Of a stretch of DNA of 64,000 bases, positions 48,759 through 56,843 are shown in pieces. Source of the stretch: an uncultured Candidatus Saccharibacteria bacterium (GTDB taxonomy: Bacteria > Patescibacteriota > Minisyncoccia > Minisyncoccales > PEYH01); the NCBI GenBank assembly GCA_964616145.1, contig CAZTRD010000002.1, positions 4,553 to 68,552 on the forward strand. The letters run 5' to 3'. The translations under genes were made by a program, and so were the position numbers. Each line of letters starts with the position of its first letter. The stretch's first letter is position 1. The notes under the pieces are model-generated. The model saw nothing but the letters and a program-made list of their open reading frames with translations. It did no database searches and was not told the origin of the DNA.

Positions 48759-49439
48759 TTAAAAAATTAAACTGCCTTCTTCCTGATCTCTGATTAATTT
48801 GCCCGCATCTAAAGAAATTACTCTTTCCTTCAAGCTATCAATAACTGCTTTGTTATGAGTAGAAAGGATAACAGTAGTCCCAAAGCTGTTAATCTTGGAA
48901 AACAATTCAATTATATCTTTGGTATGATATGGGTCCAGATTACCAGTTGGCTCATCTGCCACTATTACTCTTGGCCTAGTAGCCAAAGCTCTAGCTATGG
49001 CTACTCTCTGTTTTTCTCCCCCGGATAATTCTTTTGGGAAGTTCTGGGCTCTTTCAGTTAGACCAACCAAATCTAAAAGATTTGGAATGTCTTTTGATAT
49101 TTCTTCTGGATCAGCCCCCACAACCTCCATGGCATAGGCAATGTTTTCGTAAACATTCTTGCTCTGCAATAATTTGTAATCCTGGAATACCACTCCTATC
49201 TGCTGGCGATATTCGGCAATATCATGATCAGGTATCAAAGAAATATCTTTCCCGTCAAAAAATATCTTCCCCGATGTCGGTTTCTCTTCTAAAAGCAGTA
49301 AACGTATTAAAGTAGTCTTCCCAGAGCCGGACCTTCCCACGACAGAAACAAAATCCCCTTCTTTTACCTCAAAGCTAACATTATCCAGAGCGGTAATATG
49401 GGAAGAATACTTTTTAGTAATATTCTCAAATTTAATCAT
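48759..49439 (-). CDS. ftsE: cell division ATP-binding protein FtsE
   Basis: GRSGSGKTT Walker A, LSGGEKQRVAIARAL ABC signature. Confidence 0.85.
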   Translation of the reverse strand: MIKFENITKKYSSHITALDNVSFEVKEGDFVSVVGRSGSGKTTLIRLLLLEEKPTSGKIFFDGKDISLIPDHDIAEYRQQIGVVFQDYKLLQSKNVYENIAYAMEVVGADPEEISKDIPNLLDLVGLTERAQNFPKELSGGEKQRVAIARALATRPRVIVADEPTGNLDPYHTKDIIELFSKINSFGTTVILSTHNKAVIDSLKERVISLDAGKLIRDQEEGSLIF

Positions 49440-49448
49440 ACCTATATT

Positions 49449-50550
49449 TTACCTTAATTTCACTTCCGCTTCTATAAACAAATCAAGATTGCCTTCTAAG
49501 ACGTCTTCCGGGTCTTTGGATTCCACTTCTGTTCTGTAATCTTTAACTAATTTATAAGGATGGATAATATATGAACGAATCTGATTCCCCCACTCCGGAG
49601 AAACTCTTTTTCCTCTTATATCTCGTATCTTTTTTTCTTCTTCCAGCTGTTTTTTCTGAAAAATCTTGGCTAAAAGAATTTCTATGGCTTTTTCTTTATT
49701 CAAAGACAATGATCTTTCGCTCTGGCAAGTTACAGTAATATTGGTTGGAATATGAACAATTCTTATAGCGGTTTCTCTTTTATTTACATACTGGCCTCCT
49801 GGCCCGGATGCTCTGTACGTATCTATCTTCATCTCATCTGGCTTTAAATCAATCGATTTTAACTGGGTTTTTGGCAAAATAGGGGTTATCTCAATAGAAG
49901 CAAAAGAAGTATGCCTTAATTGCTGAGCGGAAAAAGGAGAAATGCGGACTAAACGATGCACCCCTTGTTCCCTTTTCAAGAATCCGTAAGTAAATTTCCC
50001 TGAAATTTCTAAGACAGCTTCTTTAATTCCGGTTTTTCCATCGGAACTTGCTTCTCCAAAATCCTGATCAATTATTTTACTCTTCCAGCCCTTCTTTTGA
50101 ACGTATCTTTGATACATTCTCAAGAGCATTCCTGCCCAATCTTGGGCATCTCTTCCTCCTGCTCCAGAATTAATCTCTAAAATTGCATCTGATTTGTCAT
50201 ATGGCCCAGAAAGAAAGAGAATTTTTTCTTCTTGGGAAATCTTTTTTTGCAAATCATTGAATTTATCCTCTAATTCCTGATAGAAAGCAAAATCCTGATT
50301 CGTCAGCTTATGCAATTCAATATAGTCAGAAATTTCTTTTTCCAATAATTCTATCTTCTTGATAGTTTCTTCCAATTCAAAGAATTTCTTTGATAATTCC
50401 GTCTGTAATTTTAAATCCTCCCAGGTCCTACCTGATTCTAAATCCTTTTTTAATTCTTGGCTTTCAATTTTCTTGCTGGCAATGTCAAAGACAGTCAATT
50501 AATTTTTGAAAGCGTTCCTTAAGTTCCTGTATTTTAGCTGTATCTGGCAT
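49449..50550 (-). CDS. prfB: peptide chain release factor 2 with a programmed +1 frameshift (frame 0 from ATG 50550; shift at CTT TGA C about 50484-50490)
   Basis: SPF and GGQ motifs. The upstream in-frame segment MPDTAKIQELKERFQKLIDCL ends at TGA. The ORF track starts the downstream frame at an artificial TTG. Confidence 0.8.
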
Positions 50551-50631
50551 ATTGACAATATTTTTAAAGGATATATAATTAAAATACTAGACGTGAGGCG
50601 AATTCTATACGAGTTCGCCTCTTGATTTCTG

Positions 50632-51252
50632 TTACTCCATTTCTAGTATATATTTTAAATATTCAAAATCTCTGAAATTAGAACCAGCGAATTGACGAAT
50701 TTCCTTTGCAGTTCTCTCACTCCTGGCTAAAATAACAACTTCTTTTTTTAATTCTTTTAAATGTTTTAATATCGGCAGGAAATCACCGTCGCCAGATAAG
50801 ATAATAACTCTATCAAATTTATCTTTTTGTTGCATCAGATGAAAAGCCATATCGACATCGCAATTAGCTTTTCTTTTGATCATATCTTCTTGATGATATC
50901 TTTTAACCGGTTTAAGATGTAATTCGTAGCCGAATTGTTTAATCTTGATATAAAACTTTATTCTACTAATATGACGGCTTAAAAGAGTAAGCAATGCTTC
51001 GTCTAAATTTTTATCTTCGTCCTCAATTTTTTTTAATAAGAACTCATATACATCTAGCAGAGGCACCGTTTCATTATCTAAATAATCATACTGAAAATCG
51101 TAAATCTCTACGCCTCCAAAATACAAAAATTTAGAAGCATTATATTTGTCTTTTAAATAATTTAAAAGTTTCTGATAGTCTATTTTCCACCCTAAGCTTT
51201 TTTCACCACCATAAAATAAATTTGATGCGTCTATAAATACAAACGTTTTCAT
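50632..51252 (-). CDS. NYN-domain (LabA-like PIN-fold) protein; start at MKTFVFIDASN
   Basis: FIDASNL...ILSGDGDF motifs. The longer tracked ORF overlaps the tRNA. Confidence 0.6.
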   Translation of the reverse strand: MKTFVFIDASNLFYGGEKSLGWKIDYQKLLNYLKDKYNASKFLYFGGVEIYDFQYDYLDNETVPLLDVYEFLLKKIEDEDKNLDEALLTLLSRHISRIKFYIKIKQFGYELHLKPVKRYHQEDMIKRKANCDVDMAFHLMQQKDKFDRVIILSGDGDFLPILKHLKELKKEVVILARSERTAKEIRQFAGSNFRDFEYLKYILEME

Positions 51253-51267
51253 AAGATTAGAAGTCCG

Positions 51268-51339
51268 AGCCGATGGTCGGACTTGAACCGACAACCTATC
51301 GCTTACGAAGCGATTGCTCTGCCATTGAGCTACATCGGC
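51268..51339 (-). tRNA. tRNA-Thr (anticodon CGU)
   Basis: Hand fold: acceptor GCCGATG/CATCGGC, T-arm GTCGG-TTCAAGT-CCGAC, anticodon loop TTCGTAA. Confidence 0.75.
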
Positions 51340-51395
51340 AGATTATTGCCTTTATTATATCTAAAACAGAGGGTTTTGCAATAAAGAAGACGTTT

Positions 51396-51480
51396 GAGCG
51401 GGTTAGTGGATGACATTAGAACCTGTTGGGAGGATATGGAAAAAAGTTTTTTAGTTCCAAATTATTTTTATAACAATTGA
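51396..51480 (+). repeat. cassette-junction repeat, copy a (GAGCGGGTTAGTGGATGACATTAGAACCTGTT...), a degenerate tRNA-Gly 3'-half-like segment
   Basis: Direct repeat of 52138-52215, 52655-52735 and 53786-53870. Confidence 0.7.
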
Positions 51481-51590
51481 AAAAGCCCTTTTGTGAGAGG
51501 GGCCAGCTCTGTGCTAGGCGGTGCTTGCGATCTCTTCATTAGAGACCTCCCTTCCCGAGTTTACGCAACCTCGGGTCAAAGTACATCGGC

Positions 51591-51710
51591 TTAATCATCT
51601 TCCGTTGATCTGCCCGTTTCTCTCTGGAATCTCAGCGCAAGAAAAGCGATAAGACTCCCGAGCAACATTCCAGCCAGCAGAAGTAGCTCGATTCGCACAT
51701 AGTCCGACAC
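51591..51710 (-). CDS. 39-aa single-TM peptide VSDYVRIELLLLAGMLLGSLIAFLALRFQRETGRSTEDD (GTG start, high-GC)
   Basis: AAGGAGGTG SD 6 nt before the GTG, immediately after the stop of the 86-aa ORF. Not in the ORF track. Confidence 0.35.
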   Translation of the reverse strand: MSDYVRIELLLLAGMLLGSLIAFLALRFQRETGRSTEDD

Positions 51711-51723
51711 TCGGACCACCTCC

Positions 51724-51984
51724 TTACCTGCTATCGATGTAATCCGGGAGACCAAGTCTTTTTCTTAATCTCTCGGCCCTTCCAGAGTTCCTCTTCCCGA
51801 CGTAGAAGATGATCGGATCTGGGCCACCAATTGCATGATTGATCCCGGCCTTCGTGAGGGCTCTATTGAACACCTCCCCATGCCTATAGGTGGCCTGACG
51901 ATCAAAACCATCGTTGCGCCAAACCACAAGCGCAGTCGGATGACAGAACGTCTTCTTCCAAACTATTCTGGTCTGGTCTATCAT
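51724..51984 (-). CDS. high-GC 86-aa hypothetical protein (cassette 1)
   Basis: GAGGAG SD 4 nt before the ATG. Sits between two junction repeats. Confidence 0.4.
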   Translation of the reverse strand: MIDQTRIVWKKTFCHPTALVVWRNDGFDRQATYRHGEVFNRALTKAGINHAIGGPDPIIFYVGKRNSGRAERLRKRLGLPDYIDSR

Positions 51985-52048
51985 TCCGGTCTCCTCTCTG
52001 CCGTAGCAGATCTTTTCTTAATTTTGATCCTAATCTTTTTTATCTATT

Positions 52049-52215
52049 AGTCAACCCCTTTACTTCCCTCTTTCTTAAATACAACAAACTCTTTATAGAA
52101 ACAAAAAATCGCTATTCCAGCGACTTGACTTTACCCTGAGCGGGTTAGTGGATGACATTAGAACCTGTTTTGAGGATAAAGAAGAAGGGTTTTTGATTCC
52201 GAACTTCTAAAATAA
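52049..52215 (+). repeat. cassette-junction repeat, copy b (leader ...AAAAATCGCTATTCCAGCGACTTGACTTT + tRNA-Gly 3'-like segment + distal part)
   Basis: Read from the sequence. Confidence 0.7.
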
Positions 52216-52218
52216 TCT

Positions 52219-52256
52219 TTGCAAAAAGGAAAACGCCCAGATGAAGCAGCGTTTCC
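52219..52256 (-). terminator. hairpin AAACGC-12 nt-GCGTTT plus TCCTTTTTG, downstream of the 67-aa gene
   Basis: Read from the sequence. A related hairpin (GAACGC...GGCGTTT) follows the 117-aa gene at 53876-53901. Confidence 0.5.
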
Positions 52257-52317
52257 CAACGATGTCCAACCGGGCGAGAACGAGCTACTGTCCGTTCGAC
52301 TTGGTCTGACAGAATGG

Positions 52318-52521
52318 TTAGATCATTTCTTTCGGCGGGGCACTTCTCTCCCACCTCTTGAGCTGGTCTTCCATCTCGAAGTAGCGCCTGACCAAATCTA
52401 CTCGAACCGTCAACCCAACCAATGCCGCCTCCGTGGCGCCATCCCATTCTCCGAGAGTGATCTCATCGTTCGGATCGAATCCATTCTCTCGGAGCCATTT
52501 CTGAAACTGCTCTAGACTCAT
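52318..52521 (-). CDS. high-GC 67-aa protein with a peptidoglycan-binding-domain-like motif (cassette 2)
   Basis: GTGGAGGTG SD 5 nt before the ATG. FQKWLRENGFDPNDEITLGEWDGATEAAL resembles PG_binding_1 (L..GY...DG.FG..T..AV). Confidence 0.4.
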   Translation of the reverse strand: MSLEQFQKWLRENGFDPNDEITLGEWDGATEAALVGLTVRVDLVRRYFEMEDQLKRWERSAPPKEMI

Positions 52522-52569
52522 TTGGTCACCTCCACATACTTTCTACAATAGTATTTTTAATATTGCAAT

Positions 52570-52735
52570 ACTTTACTTCTCGCAATCTAAAACTCGATTT
52601 ATCCTCTCCCTAAACAAAAATCGCTTTCCAGCGACTTGACTTTAACCCTGAGCGGGCTAGTGGATGACATTAGAACCTATTGGGAGGATAGTTATAATTG
52701 TTTATTAGTACCGGACTACCCTTTTAACTGATTGC
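52570..52735 (+). repeat. cassette-junction repeat, copy c
   Basis: Read from the sequence. Confidence 0.7.
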
Positions 52736-52789
52736 CCTATCGTACTATTTATTATATATTTTTTATAGAAAAGCATTCGAAATTCTATG

Positions 52790-53731
52790 TTATCTTTTCC
52801 TTTCACGATTCTTCAGATATCTATTAAGAGCTTCTTTAGAAGAAACCCAAATCCTACCTTCTTTATGGGCCTCTAGTTTTCCGGCTCTGGCTAACAGGTT
52901 AAGATACTTAGAAGAAAAGCCCGTACTCTTGCTAAGAATTGACAATGGAATAGATTTCTCTTTAGATTGGCTGGAAGGAGTTAATGTTTCAAGATATATA
53001 TCAAGAGATCTTTCCACTGATTGAGCGATAAATTGAATAAATGATTCTGGGTTTTGTTTATCTGCCTTTGATAGCGCTTCATAATATTTCTTTCTGTCAT
53101 TCTTTAAGACAATAGATAATGGATAACCGGCTTGTAAAAGGATAACATTCATCATTAGCCTAGCAGTCCTACCATTACCATCAAAAAATGGGTGAATCGC
53201 AACTATCTTATAATGTACCATAGCTGCTAATTCCACAGGATCAAGTTTATTTCTATTCTTGCCAATCCAAGATACTAAATCCGCCATTAATATTGGAACA
53301 TTAATGGCCTCTGGTGGTTTATAATCAGTACCACCAATAAACACTGAACTGTTTCTATATTTTCCAGCCCATTCTTTATCAACATCCTGAACAACAAGTT
53401 GATGTAATGATCTTATTAATCTTTCTGATATTGTGTTTCTTTTATCATGGGCGATCAATTCATATAAATAATCTAAGGCTTCTTTATGGTTTTTTGCCTC
53501 TAGGTGATCTTTTAATGGTTTCCCCTTTATCGTAATCCCCTCATTTATGACCAGATAGGTTTCTTTTAGAGTTAAACTGTTTCCTTCTATGGCATTAGAA
53601 TTATATGTCATTTCTACCTCAAATCTCTCTTTTATCTTTTGTAGAGCTGTTTTTGGTAAGGGCCTATATGAATTAAGCTTATGCAACTTTTTTTCTAACC
53701 TCTCTTTTATTTTTTTATCTAAATAGATCAT
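52790..53731 (-). CDS. Fic/Doc family protein (AMPylation-type toxin family)
   Basis: HPFFDGNGRTARLMMN Fic motif; host-like AT content; occupies one cassette slot. Confidence 0.8.
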   Translation of the reverse strand: MIYLDKKIKERLEKKLHKLNSYRPLPKTALQKIKERFEVEMTYNSNAIEGNSLTLKETYLVINEGITIKGKPLKDHLEAKNHKEALDYLYELIAHDKRNTISERLIRSLHQLVVQDVDKEWAGKYRNSSVFIGGTDYKPPEAINVPILMADLVSWIGKNRNKLDPVELAAMVHYKIVAIHPFFDGNGRTARLMMNVILLQAGYPLSIVLKNDRKKYYEALSKADKQNPESFIQFIAQSVERSLDIYLETLTPSSQSKEKSIPLSILSKSTGFSSKYLNLLARAGKLEAHKEGRIWVSSKEALNRYLKNRERKR

Positions 53732-53785
53732 ATAATCTTAATATGGTTTAACTATATTTATAGTATATACCATATTAAGGAAAAT

Positions 53786-53870
53786 GGATAGAGTGGATGA
53801 TATTAGAAACTGTTTTGAAGAAAATAAAGTTGAGTTTTTAATTCCGAGTTTCTAAAATTCTGATTATTAA
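53786..53870 (+). repeat. cassette-junction repeat, copy d (more diverged)
   Basis: GAGTGGATGATATTAGAAACTGTTTTGAAG...TTTTTAATTCCGAGTTTCTAAAAT. Confidence 0.55.
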
Positions 53871-53935
53871 ATGAGAAACGCCCAAACAAGAGAGCGTTCC
53901 TCGATAGAGATGCTTCTTGCTGGGCGGAGAACGTG

Positions 53936-54289
53936 CTAAACAACGAGCTCATCCTTCTTGATGGTTCCGTGTCCTATGATCTCGAATTGAAGCTGATCGA
54001 TGTGGGGACACGGATCGGTCGAAGAAGGATCGCAGGAGAAACAGACGGCTCCGAACTCCGCAACTTGAATCCGTTCGGATGACCCGAGAGAAACCTTCAG
54101 CTTCTCTACCTCGGCCAACACCTGGCCTTCTGATATCCGCTCCTTCTTCAACTCTGGCCCCTTGATCGTTCTTTCGCCAACTTTGATCTCGGAAACCAAT
54201 GCCCACTCTGGCGTCAACCTTTCTTGTTTGAGCCACTCCCCAGAAGCCACGTACAGACTGTACAGACGAATCTTCCTTCCATCGGGCAT
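53936..54289 (-). CDS. high-GC 117-aa hypothetical protein with a CFSCDPSSTDPCPH Cys/His cluster (cassette 4)
   Basis: GAAGGAGGT SD 7 nt before the ATG; GC-clamp terminator 53876-53901. Confidence 0.4.
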   Translation of the reverse strand: MPDGRKIRLYSLYVASGEWLKQERLTPEWALVSEIKVGERTIKGPELKKERISEGQVLAEVEKLKVSLGSSERIQVAEFGAVCFSCDPSSTDPCPHIDQLQFEIIGHGTIKKDELVV

Positions 54290-54419
54290 AAGGACAACCT
54301 CCTTCTAAATATACTTTAATTATTTTAACCGAAAAGTCAACCTCTTTACTTTCCTTATTCCTAAATCCAATAAACCCTTATTAGAAACAAAAAATCGCTC
54401 TTCCAGCGACTTGACTTTG

Positions 54420-54490
54420 AGCGGGTGAGCGGAATCGAACCGCCACATTCTCCTTGGGAAGGAGACGCTCTGCCACTAAGCCACACCCGC
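54420..54490 (-). tRNA. tRNA-Gly (anticodon CCC)
   Basis: Hand fold: acceptor GCGGGTG/CACCCGC, T-arm GGCGG-TTCGATT-CCGCT, anticodon stem TCTCC/GGAGA with loop TTCCCAA. Confidence 0.75.
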
Positions 54491-54494
54491 AGAA

Positions 54495-54911
54495 TTATCG
54501 GCCGAATAGGCTGCCAAAGAAATCTTTTAATGTGTCCAGAAAACTTGCTTTAGCATTTACAACAGTTTCTTCTTCCAGTTGCTCATTGCCAAGAATTACT
54601 ACCACCTCCTCCCCCGCCTTTTTATACAATCCTTCTTCTCTCATAATATTCTCTGCATATTCTTGCTGAGATGCTTCATAGAAAATCTTGTTCAATTCTG
54701 CATTCTTTTCCGCCAATTTAGTGACTTCTGTGTTTAAATCAACTAGTTGGGCTTGCATGTCCTGTTTCTTTAAAAACAACCTTACATTTCCAACTATCAA
54801 GAAAAGAATTATGGAAACATTAACGCAGACAATCAAAGCAATGGATATTATTGAATCCCAGTCATGATTTTCTTTTTTTCTTTTTTTTGTTATCATATTG
54901 GTATGAAGCAA
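54495..54911 (-). CDS. septum formation initiator (FtsB/DivIC-like) protein
   Basis: Single TM helix followed by a coiled coil; 138 aa. Confidence 0.45.
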   Translation of the reverse strand: MLHTNMITKKRKKENHDWDSIISIALIVCVNVSIILFLIVGNVRLFLKKQDMQAQLVDLNTEVTKLAEKNAELNKIFYEASQQEYAENIMREEGLYKKAGEEVVVILGNEQLEEETVVNAKASFLDTLKDFFGSLFGR

Positions 54912-55055
54912 ATGAAATCAAAAGATGTTGTAAGAATTGTTTGGATAGTAATAGTAATCTTAGTGGTAATTTCTATGATAGTCCTGACAATCTCTCCTCT
55001 ATTTAGATAATATCCCGGTTATCATTTAAAATCAACTGTCAATAATTAACAGATT

Positions 55056-56843
55056 TTAATCTGTTTTTATTATCTCCCAAAATGTCTCTGGGGGAATAGA
55101 AATCTGCCCTCTTTCTTTTAATTTCTTCTTCCCCTTCTTTTGCTTTTCCAAAAGCTTTCTTTTCCTGGTATAGTCACCTCCATATAGAGGAGCTGTAACA
55201 TCTTTTCTTTTGGCTCTGATCGTTCTCCTGACAATTATCCTTCCATCACATTGAATTTGAATAGGTAATTCAAATAACTGAGCTGGAAGAACTTTTTCCA
55301 GTTTCTCAGCCATTTTTTTAGATTCCCGCATGGATAGATTCCTTGGAACTATTTTTGAGATGGTCTCTTCCACTTTTCCGAGAATCAATATCTCTAATTT
55401 CACCAGATCTGATTTCTGCCAGCCAATGATTCTGTAATCCATTGAAGCATATCCCTGGCTTACGCTTTTTAATCTGTCGTAAAAACCGATGATTATCTCT
55501 CTTAAAGGCATTCTGGCTTGGATAATCAATCTTTCAGGGCTTAAAACATTGGTAGTGGATTCTCTTCCTGTGATTAATTTCAATATCTGATTTAAAAACA
55601 TTGTAGGGGTGATGATCTTTAAATCAACATACTGTTCATATATTTCCTGTATTTCGGAATAGTGGGGCCAATCCTTGGAACTGTATATTATTTCCTCCTG
55701 ATTATTCTTCCTCATTATCTTATACGATACTGAAGGAGAAGAAATTATTAAATCCAGATTAAATTCTCTTTTTAATCTTTCCGTAGTTATCTCTGCATGC
55801 AAAAGCCCCAAAAACCCGCATCTAAAACCTTTTCCTAAAACAGATTTTGATTCCGGCTCAAAAGACAAGGAAGAATCATTCAATTTCAAGCGCAATAGAG
55901 AATCCCTTAAAGTATCCCAATCCTTGGCATCTCTTGGGAAAATACTGGTAAAAACAACTTGCTGGGCCTCCCTGTATCCGGGTAAAGGTTCTACTTTGTT
56001 ATCCGGATCATAGTTAGTTATCGTTTCTCCTATTCTTACTAAACTGGGGTCTTTAATTCCCAAAGCTACATATCCTATCTCCCCGTCTTCAAGTTTTTGT
56101 TTGGCTACTAATTTAGGAGAAAACCAACCAACTTCTTTGGCTTTGACTCTCATGTTCTGCCTTATCAAAAACAAATCATCTTGAATTTTAATTTCTCCCT
56201 GGAATATCCTCACATATGCGATAACTCCTAAAAAAGAATCATATTTGGAATCAAAAATCAAAGCTTTTAATATTTCTGATCCTTCCTTTTTAGGAGGAGG
56301 AATTCTTTTGATCACTTCTTGGATGATTAATGGTACATTTTGTCCTGTTTTGGCTGAAATTTTTAAAATATCATTGTCATCAACAGGCAAAATTTCTTTG
56401 ATTTCTTCTATTGCTTCATCTACTCTTGCCTGAGGCATGTCAATCTTATTCACCACCGGGATTATCTTCAAATCTTCCTTTTCAGCCAACTCCAGATTAG
56501 CCAATGTCTGGGCCTGCACTCCTGTAGCCGCATCTATCAAAAGAATGGCTCCTTCTACAGCAGCCAAGCTCCTTGATACTTCATATGAAAAGTCAACATG
56601 TCCCGGAGTATCAATTAGGTTAAGGATGTATTCTTCTTTTGAATCATCAATGTAATGCATCCTTACAGGATGCATTTTGATGGTAATCCCCTTCTCATAT
56701 TCCAAATCCATTGAATCCAAAAACTGGGGCCTTAATTTTGCCTTTTCTATTGTATGAGTTAATTCCAAAAGCCGATCTGCTAATGTAGATTTTCCATGAT
56801 CAATATGGGCTATAATGCTGAAATTCCTAATTCTTTTTTCCAT
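55056..56843 (-). CDS. lepA: elongation factor 4 (LepA)
   Basis: NFSIIAHIDHGKSTLADRLLE G1 motif; 595 aa; LepA C-terminal domain. Confidence 0.9.
   Translation of the reverse strand: MEKRIRNFSIIAHIDHGKSTLADRLLELTHTIEKAKLRPQFLDSMDLEYEKGITIKMHPVRMHYIDDSKEEYILNLIDTPGHVDFSYEVSRSLAAVEGAILLIDAATGVQAQTLANLELAEKEDLKIIPVVNKIDMPQARVDEAIEEIKEILPVDDNDILKISAKTGQNVPLIIQEVIKRIPPPKKEGSEILKALIFDSKYDSFLGVIAYVRIFQGEIKIQDDLFLIRQNMRVKAKEVGWFSPKLVAKQKLEDGEIGYVALGIKDPSLVRIGETITNYDPDNKVEPLPGYREAQQVVFTSIFPRDAKDWDTLRDSLLRLKLNDSSLSFEPESKSVLGKGFRCGFLGLLHAEITTERLKREFNLDLIISSPSVSYKIMRKNNQEEIIYSSKDWPHYSEIQEIYEQYVDLKIITPTMFLNQILKLITGRESTTNVLSPERLIIQARMPLREIIIGFYDRLKSVSQGYASMDYRIIGWQKSDLVKLEILILGKVEETISKIVPRNLSMRESKKMAEKLEKVLPAQLFELPIQIQCDGRIIVRRTIRAKRKDVTAPLYGGDYTRKRKLLEKQKKGKKKLKERGQISIPPETFWEIIKTD

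Noticed and set aside
50632-51294. NYN ORF starting MSVQVRPSARTSNL
   Set aside because: The N-terminal extension overlaps tRNA-Thr; trimmed to MKTFVFID.
52145-52515. ORFs 52145-52447(-) and 52219-52515(+)
   Set aside because: They overlap the SD-initiated 67-aa gene (52318-52521) and run into the junction repeat and terminator; no RBS.
52049-53870. Calling the junction repeats intact tRNA genes or pseudogenes
   Set aside because: Only the T-arm/acceptor 3' portion is recognisable. No 5' acceptor strand, D-arm or anticodon arm could be folded.
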